64,000 nt of DNA, from assembly GCA_047967505.1 (NCBI GenBank), contig CM106538.1; one strand, given 5' to 3'. The stretch is from Dipteris shenzhenensis (lineage: Eukaryota). Shown in pieces: positions 37,788 to 48,603 of this stretch. The translations under genes were made by a program, and so were the position numbers. The first letter of the stretch is position 1. Each line of letters begins with the position of its first letter. Below the pieces are notes generated by a model, which was given only the letters and a program-made list of their open reading frames with translations, ran no database searches and was not told where the DNA came from.

Positions 37788-40700
37788 CTACGGTTCAATC
37801 TCATCCTCAATGAGATCAACCCTTGCCAAACTATCTACTGCAAAATCCAAACAAGTGTTTAGATCTACAAATACATTCAACCCACTACTACTTGTGCCAC
37901 TCATGTGCTCATCGAAATCAAGATCTCCAATGGTAGGCTCGTTCTCACGGGTAATGCCGGCCTCAATATCTATATCTCCTATCTCATGATCATCCTCCTC
38001 TCTTGTATCACGGTCATCATCACGTCCATGGGCATGATCATCCTCCATATGCTCCATATTAGTAAATGTACTATACATCACTTTGGAACGTGGCATAATA
38101 GGTATGACATGCCACCACCTATTATTATCCACCATTGGTTGATAGACAACCTAATTCAAACACAAATACAATCATGTTACTTTTCTTGCATCAAATATTT
38201 AAAAGCGAGTATTTTTATGTGTGTGCACAGTACTTGTTCACATTGTTGCGGTAGTATTAGTGTGTCCTTCCTACTTTGCCAAAACTTTGTGGAGTCAATA
38301 GTTACAAAGCCACTTGCATGGCGTTTGATTGTTGCATTAGGGCCTCTTTCCACCACGTCCTTAAACCACTTTACATCCAAAACATACACAAAGAAGCATC
38401 GAAAGTCAAGCATAATGATATCTTGGATTATGCCACAATAATCATCCATGACTCCATTGGCTCCCTCAAAGCTAGCAATGACGCCGCAATCTTGTGTGTT
38501 TCTCTTATCATCAATCCGTTGTGTTCGAAAATGCTTGCCCTCACACCATATAGCATTGAACATAGTGCACTACACCAAGAAAAAATCAATTAAATAAGCA
38601 ATCTAAATTATAAAAACCTCCTAACTTATGCATAACATTCTATATACCGACCTTGCTCATGCATCCCCTAGCATACTCCCATTCTTCCATTGTGATATGC
38701 ATCCCCTCGTCTTTCTCTGCTTTCTCCATTTCATCAAGTAGCCAATCCACATGAATATCCTTTGGAAGTGCTCTTAGACGCTGAGGGTATGGCACACGAG
38801 ATCCGTGGTGTGTACGAAAGAGGGCCCTTTCTTCTTGTCTTCTTGCCTTTGCATCCTCGTATCTTGTCACCCATCTTTTCATCACACCACTATTAAGCAT
38901 GCAAAAGAGGTTGATACTATTATGCAACTCCGTGTCTATTACTTTGTTGCGTCCTCTTCCTTGAGGCACAATAAAGGTCATCCTTAGGTCTTCATCATCT
39001 CTCCATAGTCATGGGAGAGAGCTATCCACATCAACAAGAAACTCAAAAATATATACAAGTGACTCTTGTACCAACCAACCCTCGGCCATGCTACCTTCGG
39101 GTCTTGCATTTTGTCTCACGAACCCCTTCAAGGTCTTCATGAAGCACTCGAGGAAGAACAACCATCGTGCATGTATAATACCGCATATAGCAATCTCATC
39201 CACCAAATGCACTATGAGATGTAGTTGGCTTGTGAGAATAGAACGTGGAAATGTCTCCTCCACTAAACAAACCGCCTCCACTGACATAACTCGAGCATTC
39301 TCAAGCGTGGTGGGATCTATTTCCTTTGAGCTCACATTTGATGCACTACGTGAAATGCTAGTAGGTAGTATGAACTAAACCCACGAGGAGGTGGTTGATT
39401 AGTTGCTTATAGCTATTCACTCACAAATTTGAAAGGAAAAAGATATTATGCATATAAAATACTTACTTGGAGCATCTTGTGCCAATCATGAGATTTCAAG
39501 CCATATAATTGCTTTACACCTCTTTTCTTGCTCTTTGTAATGGCTCCCTTCAAACACCTCATGCATCCAGTGGGAGTACGAATTGTAGTAATAGCACGCT
39601 TCACCGTCGCCATCTCTAGCTTTGATAACATCCACGGTGCACGAGGTAAAAAAACACGCCCATTTGGTCTCTCTTGAGGCCAAGCTTCACGCATCCTCCC
39701 TATGGTACGTAGATCCTCCCTTATGCCTGCCAAATCTCGTGTCCCATTCAAATGCTCCCAAATGGTAGATGCCACATTCTTGAAGATATGCATGGGATCG
39801 AGCAGGTGATTGATCTTGAGGTGGGACCAATATGGTAAACGATAAAAGATGGAGTATCTAAACAAAATAAAGTGTTAGCGTGCAATCTTCACTTTCAACC
39901 AATATAGCCAATCTTTACTTCCAGCCAATAGTTACAAATCCTTACCGACTCATGCCAAGTGGTGGAGGAGTCGTGGATCCGTCCCAAATTCTCATCCAAT
40001 CTCCCACGGTAGGTGATTGTGGGAGGACTTCATTCCAAGGGGCAACATATCTAGGATGATCAGGTGGGAGAAATCGATGGTGATTCTCATAGATGACCTT
40101 ATTCAATGCGTCTGCCCGTGAGGCAACTAGCGAAGGACCACAAACAGGACATGCATGGTAACCCGATGTAGTGAGACCTGAAACAATAGATGCAATTAAG
40201 AGTGGAAGGTGGGTTTAGGGTGCCACGTCCTTGCCTATTCATAATTAAAAAATGCAATTCTTACTTGAACACTCGCCATAGCCTGGGAAGTCATGCATCG
40301 TCCACATCAAGACTGCTTTGCAGTTGAAGTCTCGTGACGAGGGAGGCCTGCTCACATCATGCACCTCGATACCTCTCCAAAGTATCTCTAGCTCATCAAT
40401 CAAAGGCTCCAAATAAACATCAGGGTTTTTGACTTTATGTTTCCCTGGAATTAGAAGGGACAGCATGACATGTCCTTTCTTAATAGCCATAGAGGGTGGA
40501 AGATTGTAATTCACCAATACCACTGGCCATACACTGTAAGACGTGCTTTTGAAACCAAATGGGTTCACACCATCCATACCCAATCCAAGTCTCAAGCTCC
40601 TAGGTTCTTCCTTGAAGCTTGGCCATGTGTCTTCAATATGCTTCCACGCAGGAGAGTCTGCGGGAGTTCTCCACTTGCCATCGGTTGATCGATGGGAGGA

Positions 40701-41731
40701 ATGCCATGACATGAGCTCTGCAATAGATTTGCACTTGAACATATGTTGGATGCGAGGGATTATGGGAAAATGTCGCAATACCTTACGAGGCACGTCCAAG
40801 GCTTTGAGATCTGCTCTATATCTTGCCTCTCCACAAGTAGGACACTCTCTTGCATCCTTATGTAGTCCACGAAACAAAACGCAATCGTTGACACATGCAT
40901 GGATGCGCTTGTAATCTAATCCTCCAAGAGAGGTCACATGTTGCCTTGCCATATCTCTTGAGGTCGGTAATTTATTCTCCCTTGGAAGCATTTTACACAA
41001 TAGCCTGAACATGAAGACCATAAATGAGGAAAAGCATTCGAGTAATTGACCCACGCACATAATTCATCATGTTTGCAAAATCGACTTTAAATTAAAGCTT
41101 ACTTGAGTAATGCATTCAAACTTGCATTGCTCCATCCATAGATGGTTTGCAAGTTTAGTAACTCAAGGGAGGCACGTAGAATAGAGAATGTGCACCCCTC
41201 AAACAGTGGAGTCGATGCTGCGGTAAAAAGATCATCCTGCTCCATGCTATTATCCCTCCCTTGATGGACATATAAATCCCGCACCATATCATTAAACACC
41301 TCCTCCTCCACGGCTTCATGAGGTAATGGTGGAGGGCTACTATCACCATCACTCCATGCATCCGTAACGGTCCCTCCTGAAGATCCCACCTCATATCGCC
41401 GACGCTTCGCCTCCTCACGACGGGCATAGGGTAACATGTGCGGGTGTGGCACTGCATCCTGTATCAAATTAAAACGGGATCATTATAACTCAAACATATG
41501 AACACCCATAGGTATCTCAATCAACCTTAACTTACAAATCCTTACCCTGTTTACGGTCACATCCCATTCTCCATACTTTGAGATATGATTGAGCGTAATC
41601 CTGCGTGCACGATACATGTTTCCTCGACATCGATCACACAGACATTTGATTTTTTGCTCCAACCACATTTCGCGATGGTGGATACGGAGGGATTCATCCT
41701 CACTGAAGCTGCTTGTTGAAGATGGAGACAT
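37788..41731 (-). pseudogene. En/Spm transposase gene (transposase-associated CxC, Transposase_21, DUF4218, DUF4216-like exons)
   Basis: IKCLCDRC; IHACVNDCVLF..CPTCGEARY; DGVNPFG; WTMHDFPGYG; DPMHIFKN; GLKSHDWH; HLIVHL..RPEGSMAEG; DVKWFKD. GT-AG introns. A small deletion near 39336 relative to copy 2 and a frame break near 39009. Confidence 0.92.
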
Positions 41732-42802
41732 CCTACAAACAAACAACCCACCAAATTTGCTCTTCTTCAAATGCTTAACTTAAAAACTCTGTGTCGCGTC
41801 TAAATGCTCGTCTATCGTCGCATCTAATTTCGCGTCTACCTGCGCGTCTAAATGCCTGTCTACTCTGTGTATTTAAACACGCCTGTAGACGCGCTAATAG
41901 ACGCGACTATAGACGCGCTTACGCTTTTGTGTATTCAGATGCGACTATAGACGCGCTAATAGACGCGACTTTTAAACCTGCTTTTCGGCGCGCCGCTCGC
42001 TTTGCTTTTCTTTTAACTACTTAAACTTCGCGAGCGGCTTTCTTCCTTCATTATTAGCAGTTCTATAGATTCGAAGCTTAAGAGAGAGCCTCCCATACAC
42101 ACACAGTTCCAAGCTTTCACTCAAGACAAAGGGACCGTACCTACACAGCTTGCTTCCAAGCCTAAAGAAGAGGAGGAGTACGAACAAGGAGAAGAGGAGG
42201 AGAAGAAACAAGTTTGGAAAAGAAAGATCCTTCCATACCTTTTTCCAAGTAAGTCCTTTTGAAGTTGTTCTTGCTTGCTCTTTCCAGTTTTGTACTTTTT
42301 CGCATCCACGAAACGCAGCATCTAGGTATGAGCGACACGTTCTTTTGTCGGGCGAAACGTCCTTTTCCACTTTTGAGTATTCTCGACTGTCGGAGCGCGT
42401 GTATACAGGCGTCTGAGGGCGCGTCTAAACGTGCATCTATAGGCACGTCTATTTGCGCGTCTGGCTTGCTACAGACATGCACAGACGCGGATATAGACAC
42501 CTAAACAGACGATCTGTTAAATGGAAGTTTAAACGAATTGTTAGACGCGCTGTTAGACGGATGTTTGGACGGGCTGTTAAACGCGCTTTTTAACGCACTG
42601 TTAGACGGATGTTTTGACGGTCTGTTAGACGCGGTGATAGACGCGCTTTTACTTGAACTGTTAAACGCTCTGTTAGACGCGTTTATAGACGCGAAGATTA
42701 GACGGGTCTATAGACGCGCTCTGACAGAGCCTCTTTTTTTTTTTCCCCCCTTTCTTCTCAGCTCCCAAAGTAATAGATTTGTTTATTTTTTTCCAGTTTA
42801 AC

Positions 42803-44277
42803 ATGTGGGGAGGAAGTGCTTCTAGCTCACCTGATCCGTGTGAATCGATATGGAAGGATTTATATAATATTTTAGGGCACCCTCCTAGTCCTGCGGAGTT
42901 ATACGGGTACATGACGGGTACCCTTAACACTCCCCAGGAGTCGGCAGTACAGACTCCGAGCCACCCCACACCGCCTGAGATCACCCCAGTGGAGTCCGCA
43001 CAGTCGTCTTATGCCCCGTCTTATGCCCCTTCCCCCGTACCGTCTTATGCCCCTTCCCCCATGCCGTCTCATGTCCCTTCTACCGTCCCGTCTTATGCCC
43101 CTTCCCCCATGCCTTCAGGAGGTCCTTCTACCTCAGCGAGTCATCGACGTACTCCCTAGCCGTCGAGACTCGGTTCTCCAGCTACGAGTGGTTAGCGTAG
43201 TCCCGCGCAGTCCCCAGCTATGAGTGGCCAGCGTACGAGCTCGACACGACAGGGTGGCAGGCATAGTAGCAGGGAGAGCGGTGGCGGATGCATGGCACAG
43301 TGCTTTGGGCCATGTGGCGGTGAGGCCGAGGATGATGATTCCGATGATTTAGACATGCCTCTGGGTGATGGTACGATTTATTATGACATCACCCAGATAG
43401 GAGGCATCTTGATGGATGCGCGGGGGAAGGATGTAATGGCCTTCATGTACTCTGTAATTGCTAACAATTACAGAGATTGCTTTATCCACTATAAAGACCA
43501 CCCAAAGAGGTTGGCTGATGAGACCCTCGCTACTGTTCACTCTAGGTATCCTAACCCCCCCAATCGCCAGTTCACAGATAAATGGGCCAAGTCAAAGATT
43601 GTTACGATACTTAGCAATAAAAGATCTTCCCTTAAGAGGCAGGCACTAGCGGAGATTGCCAGACTTGAGGCAGGTCAACCTCCAAGGGGCCCGCCCCACA
43701 CCGCTCAGAAGCGTGAGTGGAAGAAGGCAATGAAGTCAGCGAGGGAGGAGCCCAATCTGCAGCACGTGGAGGCATGGAGGATCCAGATGGAGGAGTATGG
43801 GAGCACGCATTTTGGAGCAGGGGGTGTTGAATCATGGGAGGCCCAATTTGTAAGTATCGATCTCAAATTATATTGCTTATGTAGTTTATTAGGAGGTTGG
43901 TTGTTTCTTTGTACTAATCCCTCCACAAAGTGTATCGCGGTCATGCAGCTTGAGATCGTGGGCAGATACCCTACTCCAGTGGAGACAGCCTACCACCGCC
44001 ACCATCGCAGAGGAGATACATGGAGGCACTTCTATGATGACGGGTTGATTACTGAGGAGCAGTATACCCGAGCAACTGGACATGCCCCCCAGGTATTTGA
44101 AAGTAATTAAATAATGCCAAAATTATAAGTAAAGATTTGATTTTTCATACATTGATATATGTTGTCCCTTGTTTACAGGGCGCCCCTGCACAAGACGACG
44201 AGGAAGACGAGGAAGGAGGTGCAGAAGGGAGCACAAAAGGCAGCGCATCAGGGAGCGTGGAAGGCAGCGAGGATTAG
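42803..44277 (+). pseudogene. En/Spm second gene (TnpA/ORF2-like), divergent from the transposase
   Basis: ATG at 42803, a Pro/Ser-rich N-terminus (one TAG at 43157-59), conserved core in ORF 43220-44110, introns and an acidic tail. Homologous to the genes in copies 1 and 2. Confidence 0.72.
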
Positions 44278-45795
44278 TCGTAAAAGTAGTGCTACTATTC
44301 TTTTTTGTACTTAAAGCCATTGGCTTGGCTTCGTGCCTCTTGTATATAGACTCCTCTTATTTTTTGTACTTGAAGCCACATGACATGGCTTAGCTTCCTT
44401 ATTTTTTGTACTTGGAGCCACATGACGTGGCTTAGCTTCATGCTATATGTATATACAAGCACTTTTTGAGCTTTCAATTTTATTGCGTTTTGGAGTTGTA
44501 ATATTTTATTTGGAATTGTAATTAAAATGAGGTTGGCTGTAAGAATTGAATTACAGAATGTGGATATGGGATTCTTGTAACTATATAGCATACACAACAT
44601 ACACAGTATTCTGTAAAATTAAAAAAAAAAAAAAAGGCGCATCTATCAGTGCGTTTACAAACGCGTTTATATTCGCGTCTGTATGTTCGATATGCGTCTA
44701 TACATGCATCTATCAAAGCGTTTATTTGCACGTCTATTTACGCGTGTATGAGCGCATCTATACGCGCATAAGTCTGATATATAGACGCGCTAATAGACGC
44801 GGGTCTCCTGACGTTGACGCGCAAATAGACACGCCCGTAAGTTTTTTATTTAGTTCATGAAACACGTTTGTGCGCGCGTCTATGGGTGCTTTGTCTTGTT
44901 GTGCATGTTTGCAACATATTCTCTATGCACATGAACCATGGTTTCTACAAAATTGTGGCCCTTTGTCCATTTGGAATACAGAAGGCATGGAAAAGTTGCA
45001 CTATAGAGCCAAGGCAGCCTACTTCAAGAACTCAAGGCATGGTGGTGGTGTCACTCGCAGCAATGCACTGCATGAGATGTTCGACTGGTTTTTTAGATGT
45101 TTACTAGGAAGGACTTTGAAGTCTGAAAAGGCAAACGCATCAGAACTTGCAAAAGCAATTCAAATTGTGTCAAAGAATAGAAGGCATAGTGCTTGGAAAG
45201 CATCCATAGGAAGTCGAGGAGTCATACGTTGGTTGCAAGCTAGAGTGAGAGAAGGGAGCAGATGGGTCCAACCAGCAACATAAGCTATGGTGTAATTGTA
45301 TACAAATATGAAATAAATATATTGCTTATTTTGACCACAATTTGTGTACTCTCTTTAATATCTTGCTTATTTTGACCACAATTTTTATACTGTCTTGGAG
45401 TCCAAGGTTTGTGTGAGGTAATGATGTTGGGGAAAGTGGGGACATGGTGAAGGAGGGGGAAGAGAAGGGAGGGGCATGGGGCGAGGCAAGGGGAGGGGTG
45501 GAGTGGTAGCAAGGGTGGGGGGAGGGGGGATGGGGGGTATGGGGGAGGGTGACGGGTGTGGGCGAGGCAAGTAGGGGGAGGGCAACGAGGGAGGAGGGCG
45601 ACAAGGGTGCAGAGGGCGGTGGAGGGGTTAGGGCAGGGATGAGGGGCATGATGAAACCCTAAATGTAATTAAGAAAGATTTTAAAACATGATGGGCCCAT
45701 ATAAAACATTAAAAAAAACCCTAACTCTCATTATTCAATGGCAAGAGTGAAGAACAATGCTATACCCATAGGACGCCGCCTCCACCCTTCCTCCT

Positions 45796-47411
45796 CTAGC
45801 TCCACCACCTCCATCTGTGCACACGAACCTGTCCGGGTCCGGTGGCACCTCCCCCAACTCTCATGAGCCCTACCCCAACTCTCGTGAGGTCTCCCAAGAC
45901 TCTCGTGAGCCCTCCCCCAACTCTCGTGAACCCTCCCCCAAGTCTCATGAGCCCACTCCCTAGTCTCACGAGCCTTCTTCTCCTCCCAAGTCCCATGAGC
46001 CCACTCCCCAGTCTCTGAGCCCATTCCCAAGCCCCAAGCGCGTGAGCCTTCCCCTCAACCTCATCCTTGCCCTCAGCCTCAGCCTCAGCCTGCCCCTCAG
46101 CCTTCCCTGTAGCCTTCCCCTCAACCTTCCCCTTAGCCTTCCCCTCAACCTTCCCCTTGGCCTTCCTCTCCGTGTGAGAGCACTCCCCCGATCGAGCAAC
46201 ATATCTTTGAGAACCTCCTTTTCCCTCAGCCTTCCCCTCCCCATAAGAGGACTCCCCCGCACGAGAAAAATGTATTCGATGCGACTTTGCCAAGGTAATG
46301 TGCCAAAGAATGATCTCGCCCAAATGCATTGTGAACATTACCCCGTTGAGATGAGAATTCATCAAGCTCAAACGTGCAACAATTCAACAAACATTAGAAG
46401 ACCCACAAAACAAATTATACCGAAAGAACATCAAAATAAAAAATATTGTTCGAACTTACCACTATAGCATCGTCGGCTTCTATCCCTTCCTCATTTGCAA
46501 TGTTGATGGAACCAGGTGCTGTGAGATGTTCCATTTGGGAGGTGGACGCTTTCTCCTAACTTGTGTTGGAGGTCGAAGCTTCTGTATGAAAGGTTTGTAC
46601 ATCATATACAGACATGTCTGCATCCCTCATTGAAACCAGCATCGTCAAGAGAAACTCTTCCATTGTCTGGTCTTTGGAACCTAGAACCTCGGTATCTTTG
46701 ACACTTGTATCAACATCAAATGCCGATAGGACTCCAAGTGCCTCATCCTCTCATAGTACAAAAAGAATCTCTATGTCATGGAGGAATACATACTCTTCTC
46801 CATTGATGATGAGGGGGGACAAGGACCATAATTCTAATTCTGGGCCAGCAGTCTCTGATGGAGATTCTTGCTCTACTGGGGGCTCTTGAAGTAGGCTCAA
46901 TGCTTGAGATACTTCCATCTCCTCTATTGCATCATCAAGACTATCTTCCATGTACATGTTCGAGTCTAGTCTAGGGACGACCAAATCAGTAGTTCTACTA
47001 GAGGGGGTGCTAGACAATGAGGCTTATTCCTCTAAATTTCCTTCTAGGAGAAGGAAGATGAATGTCATCTCCCATGAAAGGAATTTGGTGCCTGTATTTC
47101 CTATTATCCCCATGTCTAGGATGTCTTTAACTTCAACTATCCTAAACCGTTCCTCTGTAAGGTTGCCACAAAAGCGGGCCAAGCACTTTACAAACTTGGG
47201 TTCCTCTACAAAAAGATACTTAATGTAATCTATGGGAACCCATCTCTTTGAAGAGTGGTCAAGTGTATAAGCAAAATTTGAGAAATTATCTTGCATGTAA
47301 AGGATGAGATCTAAGAAGTCATCCTTGTGTGCCTAGGACATCTAAAGTCCTATCAAACACTAAAAATAGCTCTTCCTCATGATCTGCAAATGCAGTTCGT
47401 GAGATGGTCAT
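45796..47411 (-). pseudogene. Unknown gene convergent with the RAG1-like gene; repeated Bro-N-like segments and a KAEG-repeat tail
   Basis: Collinear ORFs 47024-47296, 46751-47017 and 45796-46371, with a GTAAG donor near 46459. Segments FADHEEELFLVFDRTLDVLG, TKFLSWEMTFIFLL and LIINGEEYVFLHDIEILF. Confidence 0.45.
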
Positions 47412-47716
47412 GGAATGCAGTTCTAGTTGAATCCATTGCAAATAGCAGTTGATGGAGGGAGTAACATTTGAGTATGGGAGTTTCTATGGCTCTCTAAACA
47501 TGAAAGTGAGAATGTGATGTAGAAAGGACTCTTACCCCTTAATATATATCAAAACCCTAAAAATTAAAATTAATCATAAAATCCCCAAATTTTTTTAAAA
47601 ACATTTACCATGAACTGAAAGGAGAAAACATTAAAAGAAATAACATTTTAATTTAATTATTCATCATCTTTTGAAGCAATAACTAGGATTTGACAGACAA
47701 AAAATTAAATGCTGCA

Positions 47717-48603
47717 CTAGTCAAACACATTGTTAGCAATCTTCAAAGTTGCAAGAGGAATGAAATTGGCACTATGCATGCACTTCTCCACAGGGCGGCT
47801 GATCTTACCACCATTTAAGGTAAAGTAGAAGGACTCTGACATGCCGTCCTCCATGACCAATAGATGTTCTCGCACATCCCTTAGAGTCCATTGCAATGTG
47901 ACATTCACATTCTTGACATCTCCCTCTTCAACATCAATAGACAAACTTACCCCCATATTGTCTTCATCTCATTAGAGTCTAGGGGAAGCCACTAGCCATT
48001 TGTTTTCTTCCAACGCCTGTACTCAAAAGCTAAATACAACATTTGGTGTGACAAATGGTATCTAATAACCACATTGTCTTTACATGCATGACATTAAAAC
48101 ACATCACCCTTTTGGTTGCCTAACCTGGTTCCCCGATTCATCCCAAGTAAATCTTCAAGAGCATTTTTAGCTACACACTTGCAGGACCACATAGTTTTTG
48201 TTCTAAGCATATGTATATTCTAAAATAAAGAAGCAAAAATGTGCAGAGGCATAAACCAAGATAACCTTGCCCATTTGGATCCAAATGTAAACTTCATGGA
48301 CATGCCCACATCCTTTGCAATCTTGTCCTTGTACGATTGCAATGTCCTTGAGTCCACACTACTGCAATCCATGTCTTGAAGTTGTGGTGATGCAATGGTT
48401 TGTAGATGACCATAGCTTGATGATGTTGTTGGAGTGATGTATGTTGCATTATACCAATACACATTCTTCATTCGCAAGGGGGCCAACTTCTCCCTGGCAT
48501 GCATTTTCTTACCTAAATCTTCATGAATCGCAGTGAACTTGCCTATGAATGATTCAATTGGTTCCCACTCCTCGAAGTCCGAAGGGAAAACATCTGCCAC
48601 CAT
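47717..48603 (-). pseudogene. Unknown gene with a C-terminal ubiquitin-like domain; 5' end cut by a copia LTR
   Basis: 47717-47956 (VSLSIDVEEGDVKNVNVTLQWTLRDVREHL..FYFTLNGGKI) has beta-grasp/ubiquitin-like spacing. The upstream ORF 48220-48603 is on the same strand. Confidence 0.45.

Larger units (their letters stand above)
37345..44903. mobile_element. Full-length En/Spm-like element copy 3 with CACAA termini and 3-bp TSD (CAT)
   Basis: Left TIR CACAACAACACAAAGCAACTATAGACGCGC; right TIR reverse complement CACAACAAGACAAAGCACCCATAGACGCGC. CAT at 37342-44 and 44904-06. TAGACGCG subterminal repeats. Confidence 0.95.
35411..45283 (+). pseudogene. RAG1/Transib-like DDE transposase, multi-exon, with stops and frameshifts; last intron contains the 7.6-kb En/Spm insertion
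   Basis: Exons ~35411-35523, 35616-36130, 36221-37270 and 44915-45283. Motifs in order: GVSREAY..LPTPWSMRRAR; IKMD (D at 36256); SKECHETL; LAGDLK (D at 36550)..GA..CLYC; ICTLH; HYM|HILYAH; GPLSIWNTEGMEK (E at 44990)..KNSRHGG. Confidence 0.8.

Noticed and set aside
45430-45650. G-rich tracts as functional G-quadruplexes (also 29880-30150 and 52950-53450)
   Set aside because: The G-runs are real, but nothing in the sequence supports a function beyond low-complexity TE spacer DNA.
45796-48603. RAG2-like gene partnering the RAG1-like gene
   Set aside because: No kelch-type repeats or PHD finger are recognisable in these ORFs.
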